From NCBI GenBank assembly GCA_053919585.1, contig CM132788.1: a stretch of 64,000 nucleotides of DNA, one strand, 5' to 3'. The DNA is from Euprymna scolopes. Lineage: Eukaryota. Positions 52,374-64,000 of this stretch are shown here, piece by piece. The notes beneath the pieces are model-generated. The model did no database searches, was not told the DNA's origin, and saw nothing but the letters and a program-made list of their open reading frames with translations. Positions within the stretch are counted from its first letter, which is position 1, and each line of letters starts with the position of its first letter. The position numbers and the translations under genes are program-made.

Positions 52374-52712
52374 TTTTACATAGAGATCACAACTTATCAA
52401 GCCAGGAGGCCACTCCAGGATAAGGGTTATTGCCTGTACAGTAATCAATGGGATAGTATTGTAGTAATCGTCAGTATTGGAGATTCGATAAAGTGCCTTA
52501 CTTAAGGGGGCGATTCATCAAGAATTTTTTATATTGGACTTGAAGATATCCAAGTTGTAGTCAGTTGCAAACAGTAAAAACAGGCATTCGGAAGGGAGTA
52601 CCACATGCGTGCACTTCTAAGAAAGAAGCTTTGTTCATGGAATCTAATCTTTAATTTTGGCTCAGATAAGGAGCGGGGAAAATTTCTGACGTTGGTTTAA
52701 GCTAGACGGGGG
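52374..52712 (-). mobile_element. CR1/Zenon-like LINE 3' fragment, tail-to-tail with the previous copy
   Basis: Reverse complement matches 55400-55705 (FHEQSFFLRSARMW..DYNLDIFKSN..MNRPLK). Confidence 0.85.
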
Positions 52713-53562
52713 TTTTTAATTCAATTCAGATTAATTCACCGTTTGTCATAAAACTGTGCATTTGGCTGTTTTACCCTGATGTTTTACATCCGGCAAAGTA
52801 TTTAAATGGGGACAATAGCAAATAATCAGTCGAATAGAATACAGTGGTTGGCTTGTGTTTCTTATGTATCCCTTTTTCTTCTCATTTTAAAAATTTAATA
52901 GCATATTTATACTTTTATATTTATTTATTTCATTTTATATTACTATTTTTTCTGTTTTATCATTTAATTAAATGTAATTATATATTGAGGTGAGTAAATA
53001 GATGAATAAGTACTGTTTATATCAATTTATATTCTACGTTGTGTTTGAAATATTACTTTCTGTTCTTTTTCTATTTCCCATATTGGATTTCTTTATCCTT
53101 TATTAAAATCATATTCGTTGGTTGATTGTTAGACTGAATATTAGATCGATCAAGTTTCAATACAGTATATTGTATAGTGTATATTTGTATTATATATAGA
53201 AGAAATATAAAATCAAGAATACGAAAGGTAAGTGCCAACATTTTAATTGGGTGTCTATATATTATAACAAAACAATAAATATTTTTTGTAAAATAGACCA
53301 ATAAATAAATTCAATTCATTTATCTAATTGATATATTAAATTTATAATTTCACAGATTCTTTATCCATGAAAAAATCTTGTGTACTCTTTCACATCTCTA
53401 GAGTATCTTATGTGTAAATGGAAATGTTTCTTTCAGATATCCCTTAAGAGAAAAATATAAGTAGACTGAAACTGAAAATCCTGTAGTGATATGTGTCGTG
53501 AATACATGCTCTGTTTTCAGTTTATTTACCAAACCAATATCAATGAATATTACTATATAACG

Positions 53563-53610
<48 letters not shown>

Positions 53611-54489
53611 GTACTAATATCGAAATTATTCAAGTTAATAATTACTGAGTGATCTCTTAGTAACTCCCTGTAAAAGTATCAGTTCTGAACAGAATATCCG
53701 ACATATCAAGGTTGATTTTTATGAAATTATGAACAATTTGAAGAGAACGGTATATTAATAATGTTATCCTGTTTTTACCAGAATACGTCGTTTTACTATT
53801 AAAGTAATCCAAGCATGTAACATAATGCGCAATGCACTTAGAATCTACAAATGACTATCAATCAAGAAGACGGGAGAACTTGAGGGAAATAATTCTATAG
53901 AAAAGAAACATTTTAAACTATAGTTGCTTCTATATACGACCAAATGATGATACACAATTATACATTATACTAGTACTCGAATATGTTTTAGAATATAACC
54001 AAGCCTATTTATATTTACACATCAATCGACTATGTAGTCGGTAGAGTATTAGTCAGTCAAATATAAGAACGCACATTATAAACAGATATATTTACTGAAG
54101 ACAACACACTTTTAGTGAAATCGAGAAATGTTTTGGGATTGATAATTTACTAGAATTATAGACAACGGGTCGAGCTTAAATAATATTTTCATCGCTTTTA
54201 ACGCGTACTGAATAGATGCATTTCACCCTATTACATTTAATGAAATGTGTACTCGAATAAAGAGAAAAAAAACTGATTGACATTAAAGAGAAAGAGCGAA
54301 CGACACTCCACAGTTGTGTAACCACATGGTTTCAACGCGAGGATTTCATGTTTCTTTGCAGGAGAGGCTGTGCGGTTTATAGCGTATCCGTGTCGGCGTC
54401 TTCAACGCATCCGGATAAACTATCGGTTCATATATGTTTGCCTTTCTCTATCTAGTCTATTCACGATATAAACTTGCATATACTACGTT

Positions 54490-55712
54490 GTCTCCGCAAT
54501 ATCTACAGCAGATATGCTAACGGTTATATGCCATAGGAGTAGTGGATCTCTTGACAAAGGCTTCCCTTTCAGGGCAATTGCTTTTGACATATCAAAGTCC
54601 TTCGATGAGATATGGCACAAGGGCCTACTTCACAGGATTTCCAGCGACGGTATAACATTAAATCATAAAATAATTTCTCCGATAAGTTGATGGGCAGAAA
54701 CCAGATGCTCACAGTATTAATGCCGGAGTGCCTCAGGGCCCAACTCTCTTCCTGATCAACATCAATGATCTCCCAAAACACATTCTTAAATCATTCGCTG
54801 ATATATATGCTGATGACACGACCATCTATGGCAACACACCAATGGCCGTAAATGACAAGGTTCTCTCTAATTCTCTTTCTTCTGATCTTGAGCGCGTGGT
54901 ACAGTGGGGGAAGAGGTGACTGGTTACTTTACATGCATCTTGCAACACATAAAATATCTTATAAACCATGCAGCCCAGTATATTATCTTCAGTATAATTG
55001 ATGTGTCTGACGTATACTGGCAGATTGAAATTTGCGCCTCAAATCGGCCTATACTGCCTTTCTATATGAAAATCGTCTATATGAAGTTACTGGAGTTTCT
55101 GCATTTCAACCTTTCATGAATACTTTTATTTCAGATTGCCTGGAACCTAGTAGCCAAGTACGTCCAAGGATGGAATACTGCTGCCATGTATGGGCAGGAG
55201 CTGCTAAAACAGCCTATCTTGCCTTGACAGAGTACAAAATAGACTTCGTGGCTTAGTGAGGGATGCCTTTTTCTCTACCCTGCAACCTCTCTCCCACAGA
55301 AGAGACGTTGCGAGCCTATCCTTGTTTTATCGTTATTTCCATGACAGGTGCTCGTCTGAACTCCAATCTCTGGTCCCCCCTCGCCAATCTTTCACGAAAA
55401 ACACCCATCTAGCCGAATCCACTGTGAAAAATTTCCCCCACTCTTTATCTGTGCCTAAATCAAAACGTGGATTCCATGAACAAAGCTTCTTTCTTAGAAC
55501 TGCACGCCTGTGGAACTCTGTTCCGTCTGCCTGCTTCCCACCTGACTACAACTTGGATGTCTTCAAGTCCAACGTTAACAAATTCCTAATGAACCGCCCC
55601 CTTAAGTAAACACTTCATCAAATCTCCACACTAACGTAATGTACTTGCAATAACCCTCATCCCTGTGTGGCTTTCGGGCCTTGATAAGTGGTGACCACTG
55701 TGTAAAAAAAAA
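54490..55712 (+). mobile_element. CR1/Zenon-like LINE, 5'-truncated; RT pseudogene with A-tail
   Basis: STADML..AIAFDISKSFDEIWHKGLL, VPQGPTLFLININDL..IYADDTT, RPRMEYCCHVWAG, RRDVASLSLFYRYF..RTARLWNS; poly-A at ~55704-55713. Confidence 0.93.
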
Positions 55713-55714
55713 AC

Positions 55715-57700
55715 TTTTATTAGGGTGGCATAACAATTTGCGATAGAACCAGGAGGAGTACGACGTAATTTTTTTATCGTTTCGTTAAGGCTGCCTCTAC
55801 ATACAACGAAATAATTCGGGAAAAGTCAGTTTTCAATTCGTTCTCTTAACATACTTTGATATAAAACTTGTAATGAAACACTGATCCCGACCGTTTGACA
55901 CTTTTTTTTACAAATGCCTTCCCCCGTCCGACTTAAAATCATAAAAAAGTATGTTTGGTATATTTGCCTACTATTCAAATATATACCTAATAATTTATTA
56001 TAAATTTGCCCACTAGTTGAAAATAAACAATTATTGATTCCCCTAATTGTTGTAAATCCCTTCGAACAGCAGAAAACATTGCGGAATCTTTAAAAGTTAT
56101 CGATGATAAAGTACCGTTTGTTATTGAATCCGGTACCTTAGAAAGAGTTATCAGAGAGACTGTCTTACAAGCTGAGAGACCTGTAACATTAATTTCCCGG
56201 TCGTTTAATCCTTCTTAAACGCCACTTAATATAGTCGAAAAACCAAAAAAACAAAAAAGCATGCCATCGTAGAATGTGCACGTAGACAGAGACAGCATTA
56301 CTTGGAAACAATTCACTATTACGGGCCAAGGAGTGTATCCTTTGTGTAAACCTGCTAATTGCGGGAAAATTAAAATCGATAAAAGTATGCGGTGGAAAAT
56401 GAAACTTCTTTTTCAATATGGTATAAAACACAGTCATGGGAATGAAAGTGTTGTCGCTGTGCGTTATCGTGAACGTGTGGTACTGTTTTTCTTCTTTGGT
56501 ATAACTTAAATAAATTCATAATTCTTTAATACATCCGTTAAAACGTTATAGTATTTTGTAACGTCACATAATGCAATATTAACTCAAGGAAGTCCGGCTC
56601 GTGACTTGTGACTGTCCTACTTGTGCTAAAATAAACCCCCAATTTCTTAATTCCCCAACTCATATTCTTATCCGTTTTACTGCCCCGTTTTTACGCCTTT
56701 CTGTTGATTACAAAGGACCTCTGGCGCTATACTCGTCAGGTTTCCGTTACATGCATATTGTTGCCGACAAATATGGTGGATTTACTTTCGCGTTTCCTTG
56801 TGATCGATCTTGTCAAAACAATGATAGAGTACTATTTTCTCTATCTTTAGATTTCTCGCATTTATCCATTTCGATCGGGAACTTACTTTTACGTTGGGAG
56901 AATTCGAGCAATTTCTGCTACGCCTTGGGATTGGATCCAGTAACGGAAGAGGTAACAATCAACGATTATAACCCAAGAGGTAACAGCCAAGATGAGCGCT
57001 GTAATGAAATTATATGGAACACTTATCTTAGATTAAGAACCTTAATGGTTACGCATTAACGCTTAGCAAGACGTTCTACAGGATGTTTTAAATGCTATCC
57101 GCTTTCTTCTATTCACAACCACTAACGCCACTCCATCGGGAACTAATGTTCAATTTTTAAATGCACTCTTTCACTAGGGCTGCATAGTCTGTTTAGCTCT
57201 GTAAGCCTGGAAAAGTCTTTAAAAAAAACTGATTTGGCTGCAGTAGCAAGTAGATTCTTATTATTGAAGTAGTAGATCTGCTCGAGACTAACCCTACGCA
57301 TGCGAGAACTTGACATCGTAATGCTCGGGAGGTTTCGGTAGCGTTGAGATATTTGGCCCATTTTCCACAATCTCAGTATCTTGGTGCCAATCCATGTCCA
57401 GATCGATCTGAGGATTCTGCTTAGAACGTAAATCTAGATCGACATCACGCTTCTTCTGATAAGGTGCACCAAGACATACCTCAAGATTCTGCTGGCAACG
57501 TGGACCCGAACCGACCTCTGGATTCTGCCGGGGGCGTGAACCCCGAAAATCTGCCATATTCGCCTGGTGCAAGTCCCGAGTTTCATATTTCCTACAAAGA
57601 CACTTCCAGTGGTCAGCTGTCTTTCAATGGTCGAGCAGGGATTGTAAACTCGTTCAGCGGCATGATTTTTTATACTTATAATAATACGTTTCACGTAAGT
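55715..57700 (+). mobile_element. Ty3/Gypsy pol relic (copy B: RT 3' half, RNase H, integrase)
   Basis: Y*GGITICD (decayed YLDDITICG), PDRL, FAYYS, WKQFTI, CPTCAK, LSVDYKGP, YNPRGNSQDERCN; colinear with 59900-61260. Confidence 0.85.
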
Positions 57701-58153
57701 AAGAATATTATATTTTTCTTATTGTAATTTTATTTTTAAAGTGACTTTCTCTTTATTTATATATCTCCTCTCACGTGATCTTGCCGTTTGTATTTTTTGC
57801 ATTTTCTTTTATTTGAATTGATTTTTTTTCATTAGCATGCATTCCTCGTTACTTGGCGAATTTGTCCTTGTAAAATACAGTTGAATAAAGCTTGGCAAAA
57901 TGTATTTCTGCTTGCGTCTCCATTAGACCACGCATGCCATCTTTCTTTCTTATTTAAAATTATTCTATTTCTTGGTATTTTTTACCAATTTTCGTCATTA
58001 TTTATTTTTTCTCTCCACATTCATAGTAAATTATTTTTATTTCGTGTGTAACCTATTTAGTGTAAGTTTTTTCCTTACATTTTTAAAACAAATATCAATT
58101 CACTATTTAAAACATATATTTCGTAAGGATGACAAACCTAGGAAATGCATCAT

Positions 58154-58347
58154 TGTTATATTTTCATTTTGTTTGGTTCTTACTAATTAAATAAACATAG
58201 ACATGCAAATTCAGTTTATTGCCACATGGTTTTCCACGTGTTCCTTTTCCTTTAAAAAATTATTTCTCTCTTGCTTTAGTAGCTGAGAATTTTGTTCAAC
58301 AAGGCCTTGGAAAGAGGTTTTGTTTTACGTCTTCATTTACTTAAACA
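58154..58347 (+). repeat. 5' LTR of Gypsy copy A
   Basis: TGTTATATTTTCATT...GCCTTGGAAAGAGG.TTTGTTTTACG shared with 61551-61792. Confidence 0.85.
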
Positions 58348-58380
58348 TTGCAATTTATTGAACAAAATTTTATTTCCCTC

Positions 58381-59446
58381 ATGGAGAAGATCATCCGTCT
58401 GGACAAATTTGACGTATCCTCGGAAGACCCTCAGGCTAGCACGCTTTGGAGACAGTGGTATCGTAACTTAAATTACTATTTAGAAACTATTGCTTCGTTA
58501 AACCCAGATAAGCTCGAAGTTCTTTTTTCTAAACATGGCTCCCAGCGTTGCTGACGGTGTCGAGGGTTGTTCAGAATTTGGAAACTCTCTCGAGTTACTG
58601 AAAGGTGTTTACAACAAGTCTCCAAGCGTTATTCATGGTAGACATCTGCTTTCCACGGGTCTGCAACAAGAAAACGAGTCTGTCGATCAATATCTTCAGG
58701 TCTTGAATCGACTTGCCGCTGACTGTTACTTTAAAGACGTTACTGCTACTACTTAGCGGGATGAATTTGTCCGTGATGCGTTTATACGTGGTCTCCGGTC
58801 CTCAGTAATACGTAGATTATTTGACACTGATACGCTAACTCTCAAAGAGGCTACCCATTGTGCTAGGTCTTTAGAACAAGCTCACTTTCGTGCTGAATGA
58901 TACGCTTCCTCAATTGGAGCAGCTGCTACTACTACCATTACTCCTATTAGAACTAACAATGTGTCTACTGATCCTACTACTAAAATTTATGATTCTATTG
59001 GTTCTCCTATGGAGTGTAACTCTGTACAATTCTCTGCTGCCCTTCCTGCTCATGGCAAGTGTTACAACTGTAGAGGGAGACGTCACTCGATTCATGATCG
59101 CCGTCATTGTCCTGGTCGCGATAATATATGTCAAAACTGTGGTAAACCTGGTCATTTCTTTCAGGTTTACCGTTCTACTATGCCGACACCTTCACTCTCT
59201 ACTTCTGCTCTTATGGTAGTCCATGCTAAAGGTGGTTATAGGTACCCTCCCATTACTAAAATTATTAAATTAAAAGAAAAAATAATAACTTCCCTCATAG
59301 ACAACGGCAGTTCTGATAACTTTATCAGTGCTCGTATTGTTAAAACAATGCCGATTTCTATTTCAAAACATAATTCTGTAATTTCTATTGTATCATCTGC
59401 CATTTCTCTCAAACCATCGAAGAACATTTCCTTCAATGGTTGCTAG
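58381..59446 (+). pseudogene. gag: Gypsy gag + protease remnant
   Basis: MEKIIRLDKFD..W..W, RHLL..QQENESVDQYL, RDAFIRGL, CYNC..H..C + CQNCGKPGHF; protease LIDNGSSDNFIS. Confidence 0.88.
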
Positions 59447-61250
59447 TATAAAAAAATGACTTTACAGTGTTTCCTGATTCCTGTGTGGATATTATACACG
59501 AAGTGTCTTTTTTAAAACTACATCAAGGTATCACTAGTTCTTTTGGTGGACCTAAGGATATTCTAAAAATCTGCGCCCTTACAAAGATCAGCTGTGCCCT
59601 GTGAAATTGTTTCGAAACGTAACCCCTGATTGCCAACTTATTGTTACTAATCCTGAAATTACCGTGCGGAGGATGCTCGATTCATTGAAAAGGAAATTCT
59701 ATAACAGCTTGAGGATGATGTAATTGAAATAAGTTATTAACTATGGCGTGCTAAGATTGTTGTGACTTCGTCGCCTAATAAAAAGAAACGATTAGTAGTT
59801 GATTTCTCAAAAACTATTAATTGTTTCACCTTACTTGATGCATACCCTTTGCCTCGGATTGAGGATCTCGTTAACCAAATAGCGCAATATCGTATCTTTA
59901 GTACAATGCCTCCTATAGTTATTAATTCATTTGTAAAAACTAAAGAAAGACGTTGCCGAATCGTCTGTAAAAGTTATTGATGATGAATTACCATATCCTA
60001 TTGAAACCGATGCCTCAGAAAAGGCTATCAGAGGCACGTTCTTACAGGCTGAGAGTCCGGTAGCCTTCTTTTCTCGATCGCTAAACCCATCTGAAATTCG
60101 ACTTCATATAGTCGAGAAAAAGGCTTATGCCATGGTAGAGTGCCTCCGAAAATTGAGAGACCTCCTTGTTTGGAAGCACTTTACTATTGTAACAGACCAG
60201 CAAGTCTTATATTTTATGTTTAAAACTGCTAACAGAGGAAAAATTAAAACTGATAAAATAATACGGTTGAAAATGGAACTCCTCGCGTTATCATACGATA
60301 AAAAAACACCGCCCCGGAAGTGAAAACATTGTTGCCGATGCATTATCGAGAGTATGTGGTTCTGCTGCTTCTTCCTTGGAGGAACTAAAGTTACTACACA
60401 ATTCATTATTACATCCTGGAGTACAGCGCTTTTGGCATTTTGTAAGGTCACAAAATATTCCATATTTAATTCATGAAGTTCGGCCTGTGACATTTCAATG
60501 TACGACTTGTGCCAAAATAATACCTCACTTATTGGATTCTACTAAAAATACACTGATCCGTTCTACTGCTCCCTTTCAGCGTCTCTCCATAGATTACAAA
60601 GGACCTGCACCGGTATCTTTGACGGGATATCGTTATATATTTACTGTCGTCGATGTATAAAGTCGATTTCCTTTTGCTTTCCATTGTCGCGATTTTTCTT
60701 CCCAAACCGTAATCCAGTGTCTGACAAATATTTTCTTCATATTCGGACACCCCTTATTTATCCGTTCCGATCGAGGAACTTCGTTTATATCGGAAGAATT
60801 CAAAAAAATTTTTGACGCGACTTGGATCCAGCAACACTACTGCATACAACCCAATAGACAACAGTCAATGCGAGCGCTACAATGGCATTATTTTGAACAC
60901 TCTATTATTAACTCTGGAATTTAGACGATTACCCATCAGCGCTTGGCGAGATGTTCTACAGGATGTTTTAAATGCTATCCGCTCCCAGCTGTGCACAACT
61001 ACAAATGCAACTCCTTACGAACGCATATTCAACTTTGAAAGGCGCTCTTCTACTGTTACTACTTTACCTGTTTTGCTCTGTGACCCTGGGGAAGTATTAT
61101 TAAAACGGTTTGGTAGCAGGAGCAAACATGGCCCGATTGTTGAGATAGTGGAACTCCACGAAACTATCCCTACACATGCAAGAATGACATAACGATGGCC
61201 GGGAACGACATAACGATGGCCGGGATGATTCAGTAGTACTGACACATCTA
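59447..61250 (+). pseudogene. pol: Gypsy pol remnant (partial RT, RNase H, integrase)
   Basis: RLVVDFSKTIN..DAYPLPRIEDL; ETDASE..VAFFSRSL..EKKAYAMVE..FTIVTDQ; HNSLLHPG..CTTC; SIDYKGP, SDRGTSF, YNP..NSQCERYNG. Confidence 0.9.
61186..61228 (+). repeat. ~23-bp tandem duplication inside the integrase
   Basis: GACATAACGATGGCCGGGA occurs twice. Confidence 0.9.
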
Positions 61251-61550
61251 GCTCGCTTTCCACGCTCTGATCGACCTCAAATTCCTGATAAAAGTATTCA
61301 ACCCGACATTGCAAATGCAATCACGACCCCGTTAATAGAAACAAGTTATGTTAATACTGCGCATAATACAGAAAATGAATTCAACTATAAAAGTCAGAAC
61401 CCCGAAAACCAACCTTCGCAGAGGACCACCGGTTCTTCGAATAGTGAACTACCTCCACACCGATCTAAAAGAATTCGCAGACCAGTCCAGCGACTGAATT
61501 TATAAAACAAAAAAAAACTATTTACAATCTCTTTTACAAGTGGTAAAGTT

Positions 61551-61792
61551 TGTTATATTTTCATTATTTTTTTTTTGTTCTTACTGTTTAAAATATTTTC
61601 ATTTAAATTGTTTTGTACTTACTAATTAAAAAAATAAATATGCAATTTCAGTTTCTTACCACGTGATTTTGCACGTGTTCCTTTTTGTTAAAAGACTGAG
61701 TTTATCTTTTCTCACTTGCTTTGGTAGGTGTGAATTTTTTCAATATAGCCTTGGAAAGAGGATTTGTTTTACGGCTTCTGACAAATACTACA
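61551..61792 (+). repeat. 3' LTR of Gypsy copy A
   Basis: TGTTA...CTACA termini, preceded by purine-rich AAGTGGTAAAG. Confidence 0.85.
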
Positions 61793-63104
61793 TATGAAAT
61801 GAAAATGCATTGCTACACGTTAGCGATTCTATATCTTCTGCTATATAGTAAATATAGCAATCACACTTTAATAAAATATAGAGAAAAAGTATGCTTCCTT
61901 TTCAAATTCAGTTATCTTGATGAATGTTAACTTCTTATTGACAACAGTAAGAGTTCTAGATAAAATAGTTCTAGTTTGCTCGGAAAATATCTCTATAATG
62001 TTAAAACCTGGATAAGGCATTAATATGTTCGAACCTTCGCTCAAAATGCGTGTAATATAATGTTGTTAAATTATTTAATTTGTCGAGGATCGAAAGAGAA
62101 AAACAAGAAGCTACTTGATGTAATGAGTTTAAATAAGATCACTTAAAAATACATGAACTTACTGTAAGTATAAGATGGTTAGGCAACAATTTTGTCCATG
62201 AAATTACAAAACTAAATAAATCGGCTTACAAGACTTCTTAAATAAACTCAAGTTACCCTTTCTAAAATCCTTATAGACGTAGATGTTTCTTCATACTTAA
62301 TTGGGAGAAGCTTTTGACGTATGCCTTTTTATAATAAGTAAGTAATAGCTTTATGCTAAGGTAAAATGAGGATATATTTTCCACTGATTGGGTACTATAG
62401 TAATGCTTTGTATACCGTAGATCTTGGACGCATCAATGTCTTTTCTTTTGTATTATTCTGAATAAGAGTGTTTGTTTTACATTTTCATTAATAGTCTCGA
62501 TATTTTTAATACGTGTTAACCCTATGATTGTTACGGTTTAATATCGTGGCGACAACATATAAGAAATTATGTTGCATATTATGTCACGCTGAAAGATATA
62601 CTGAATTCATGCGGAATTTCTAGAATTTTATATTTTAATGAAAACCAGTACCGCATGAATCCATTTATTTTTGTAAATAATGTTTTTTTTCAAAACGTTT
62701 ATTCTCATTTAATTTCGGTAATGCATTTTTCATAATACGTTACAGACAAATGTTGTATCTGAAGCACCCATAACTCTGTGTAATAATCTGCGCAACTATT
62801 AAATTATAAAGAAAATATCAAACTTATTTAGCCTTAAAAATACAGTTTTATATATATTTAGCATCTATTAATAACTGTTTTAATTTAAGTGGTCTTTGAA
62901 TAACTTTTCGCTAATAATTGTTTTAAATTATTGAAAATACTTTTACAAAATAGATTCATGTTTACAAGTCAAATGTATTTTTAAACTGCTTTTTATGTTC
63001 TACTGACAGGGGTTTTATTGATTTGCTTTTTAACCAGATCACAGATAAAAATTAAGCCACAGAAAATAGCAGTGCATATTTTTGCTTTTTTTACTGAACT
63101 GTAT

Positions 63105-63850
63105 TTCCTTCTTTTGTTTTTCATTTTCACCCCAAATAAGGCTCATTGCCACTTTGGTGTAGGAGGCTACTATCAGGGAGAGCAACTGCTGGGACACTAT
63201 ATTAGGATTTGGGCAGCAAGGTGTCGATTCACGTTACACTTGAACTTCTGCCATGTCAGTACAGTTAGGGAAACAGGGGTCTGGAATGGAATTCAAGAGT
63301 CTAACGGTTCTGGGGAAGAAACTGCTGGAGTAGAAATATCTTTTACATCTAGGGATCTCTACTGTGTGTGGGTGGGATTTAGCTGCCTGTCGGGTTTGTC
63401 AAGGGTGTCTACCTCGTGGGGGCACAAGTGTCTGCAGTCCGTCAGACCATTCACTATAAAAATACTTGCAGAACAGGTAGAGGGATGCAACGTTTCGTTG
63501 ATTGGACAAAGGCTGAGGCTTAGATGCCAGTTCAGGGCCCATCAGATTGGCGACTCTTTTGAACCTTTCCTAGGAGCGAGAGACTAGCAGCAGATTCACC
63601 AGCCCTAATGTGACAACAGTACTCCATACATGGGCGAATGGTGGCCTTATAGAGGTACAGGATACTTTCAGGTGTCAGTAGTTTTCTAGCAAGGTAAAGA
63701 GAGCCTACCTTTTTCGCAGCGGCCCTGGCAATGTTTTCTATATAATTGTTCCAACTCATGTTTCCTGTGAACGTTAGGCCAAGCAGTTTGAAAGATGTAC
63801 TCTCAGAAAGGGAGTCACTGTCCATTGCTATTTGTGGCAGAGAAGGTTTC
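63105..63850 (-). mobile_element. CR1/Zenon-like LINE 3' fragment (different subfamily)
   Basis: FKLLGLTFTGNMSWNNYIENIARAAAKKVGSLY..ILYLYKATIRPCMEYCCHI; A-rich tail at ~63105-63125. Confidence 0.9.
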
Positions 63851-64000
63851 CTTGTATTTAACTTATTTTAAGTAATTGTGTTTTGTATTTCTTAATAATA
63901 TCACTGTACCAATTGTAGTTCTATTTCTGTCAAATCAAGTCAATAGTATTTTTATGTCTTGCATTAAAGGCATGGATATTTACATGTCGTTTACCAGCAA

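Larger units (their letters stand above)
58154..61792 (+). mobile_element. Ty3/Gypsy LTR retrotransposon (copy A; Mag-like double zinc knuckle), both LTRs present, non-functional
   Basis: Paired LTRs and gag-PR-RT-RH-IN domain order; many stops and frameshifts; RT core deleted at ~59905. Confidence 0.93.

Noticed and set aside
54095-54130. CTGAAGA..GAAAT hammerhead-like string (also 37040-37062, 37245-37260, 47765-47780)
   Set aside because: Stem II and/or stems I and III cannot be formed; too decayed to list as features.
55718-55745. Mariner-like TIR TATTAGGGTGGCA
   Set aside because: Better explained as the decayed YLDDITIC motif of the Gypsy RT that continues downstream.
63018-63587. 189-aa plus-strand ORF
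   Set aside because: Largely the antisense shadow of the minus-strand CR1-like LINE.

Overview
AT-rich, gappy eukaryotic (invertebrate-animal-like) genomic DNA. It has no convincing intact protein-coding ORF, and no rRNA, complete tRNA or CRISPR array. Most of it is decayed transposons: one mariner and four Tc1-family relics, a palindromic MITE, CR1/Zenon-like and RTE LINE fragments, Ty3/Gypsy relics (one with both LTRs) and three Helitron-like non-autonomous elements, all interleaved with many (TA)n microsatellites. The most notable signal is absent from the ORF track: ORF-less fold-back elements, several sitting in (TA)n tracts, whose inverted arms carry outward-facing type I hammerhead ribozyme motifs. 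One motif (36796-36848) has the full catalytic core and all three stems. A second family (44571-45200, 30988-31455) has a palindromic stem III (AATCCATGGATT). Several further decayed hammerhead cores are scattered across the window. These are most plausibly non-autonomous derivatives of Penelope-like elements or retrozyme-like elements. Weaker candidates are a Hox/Exd/Hth-like enhancer cluster (~24.4-24.9 kb) and a speculative minus-strand gene made of small phase-1 exons. All family assignments come from motifs read by eye; no searches were run.
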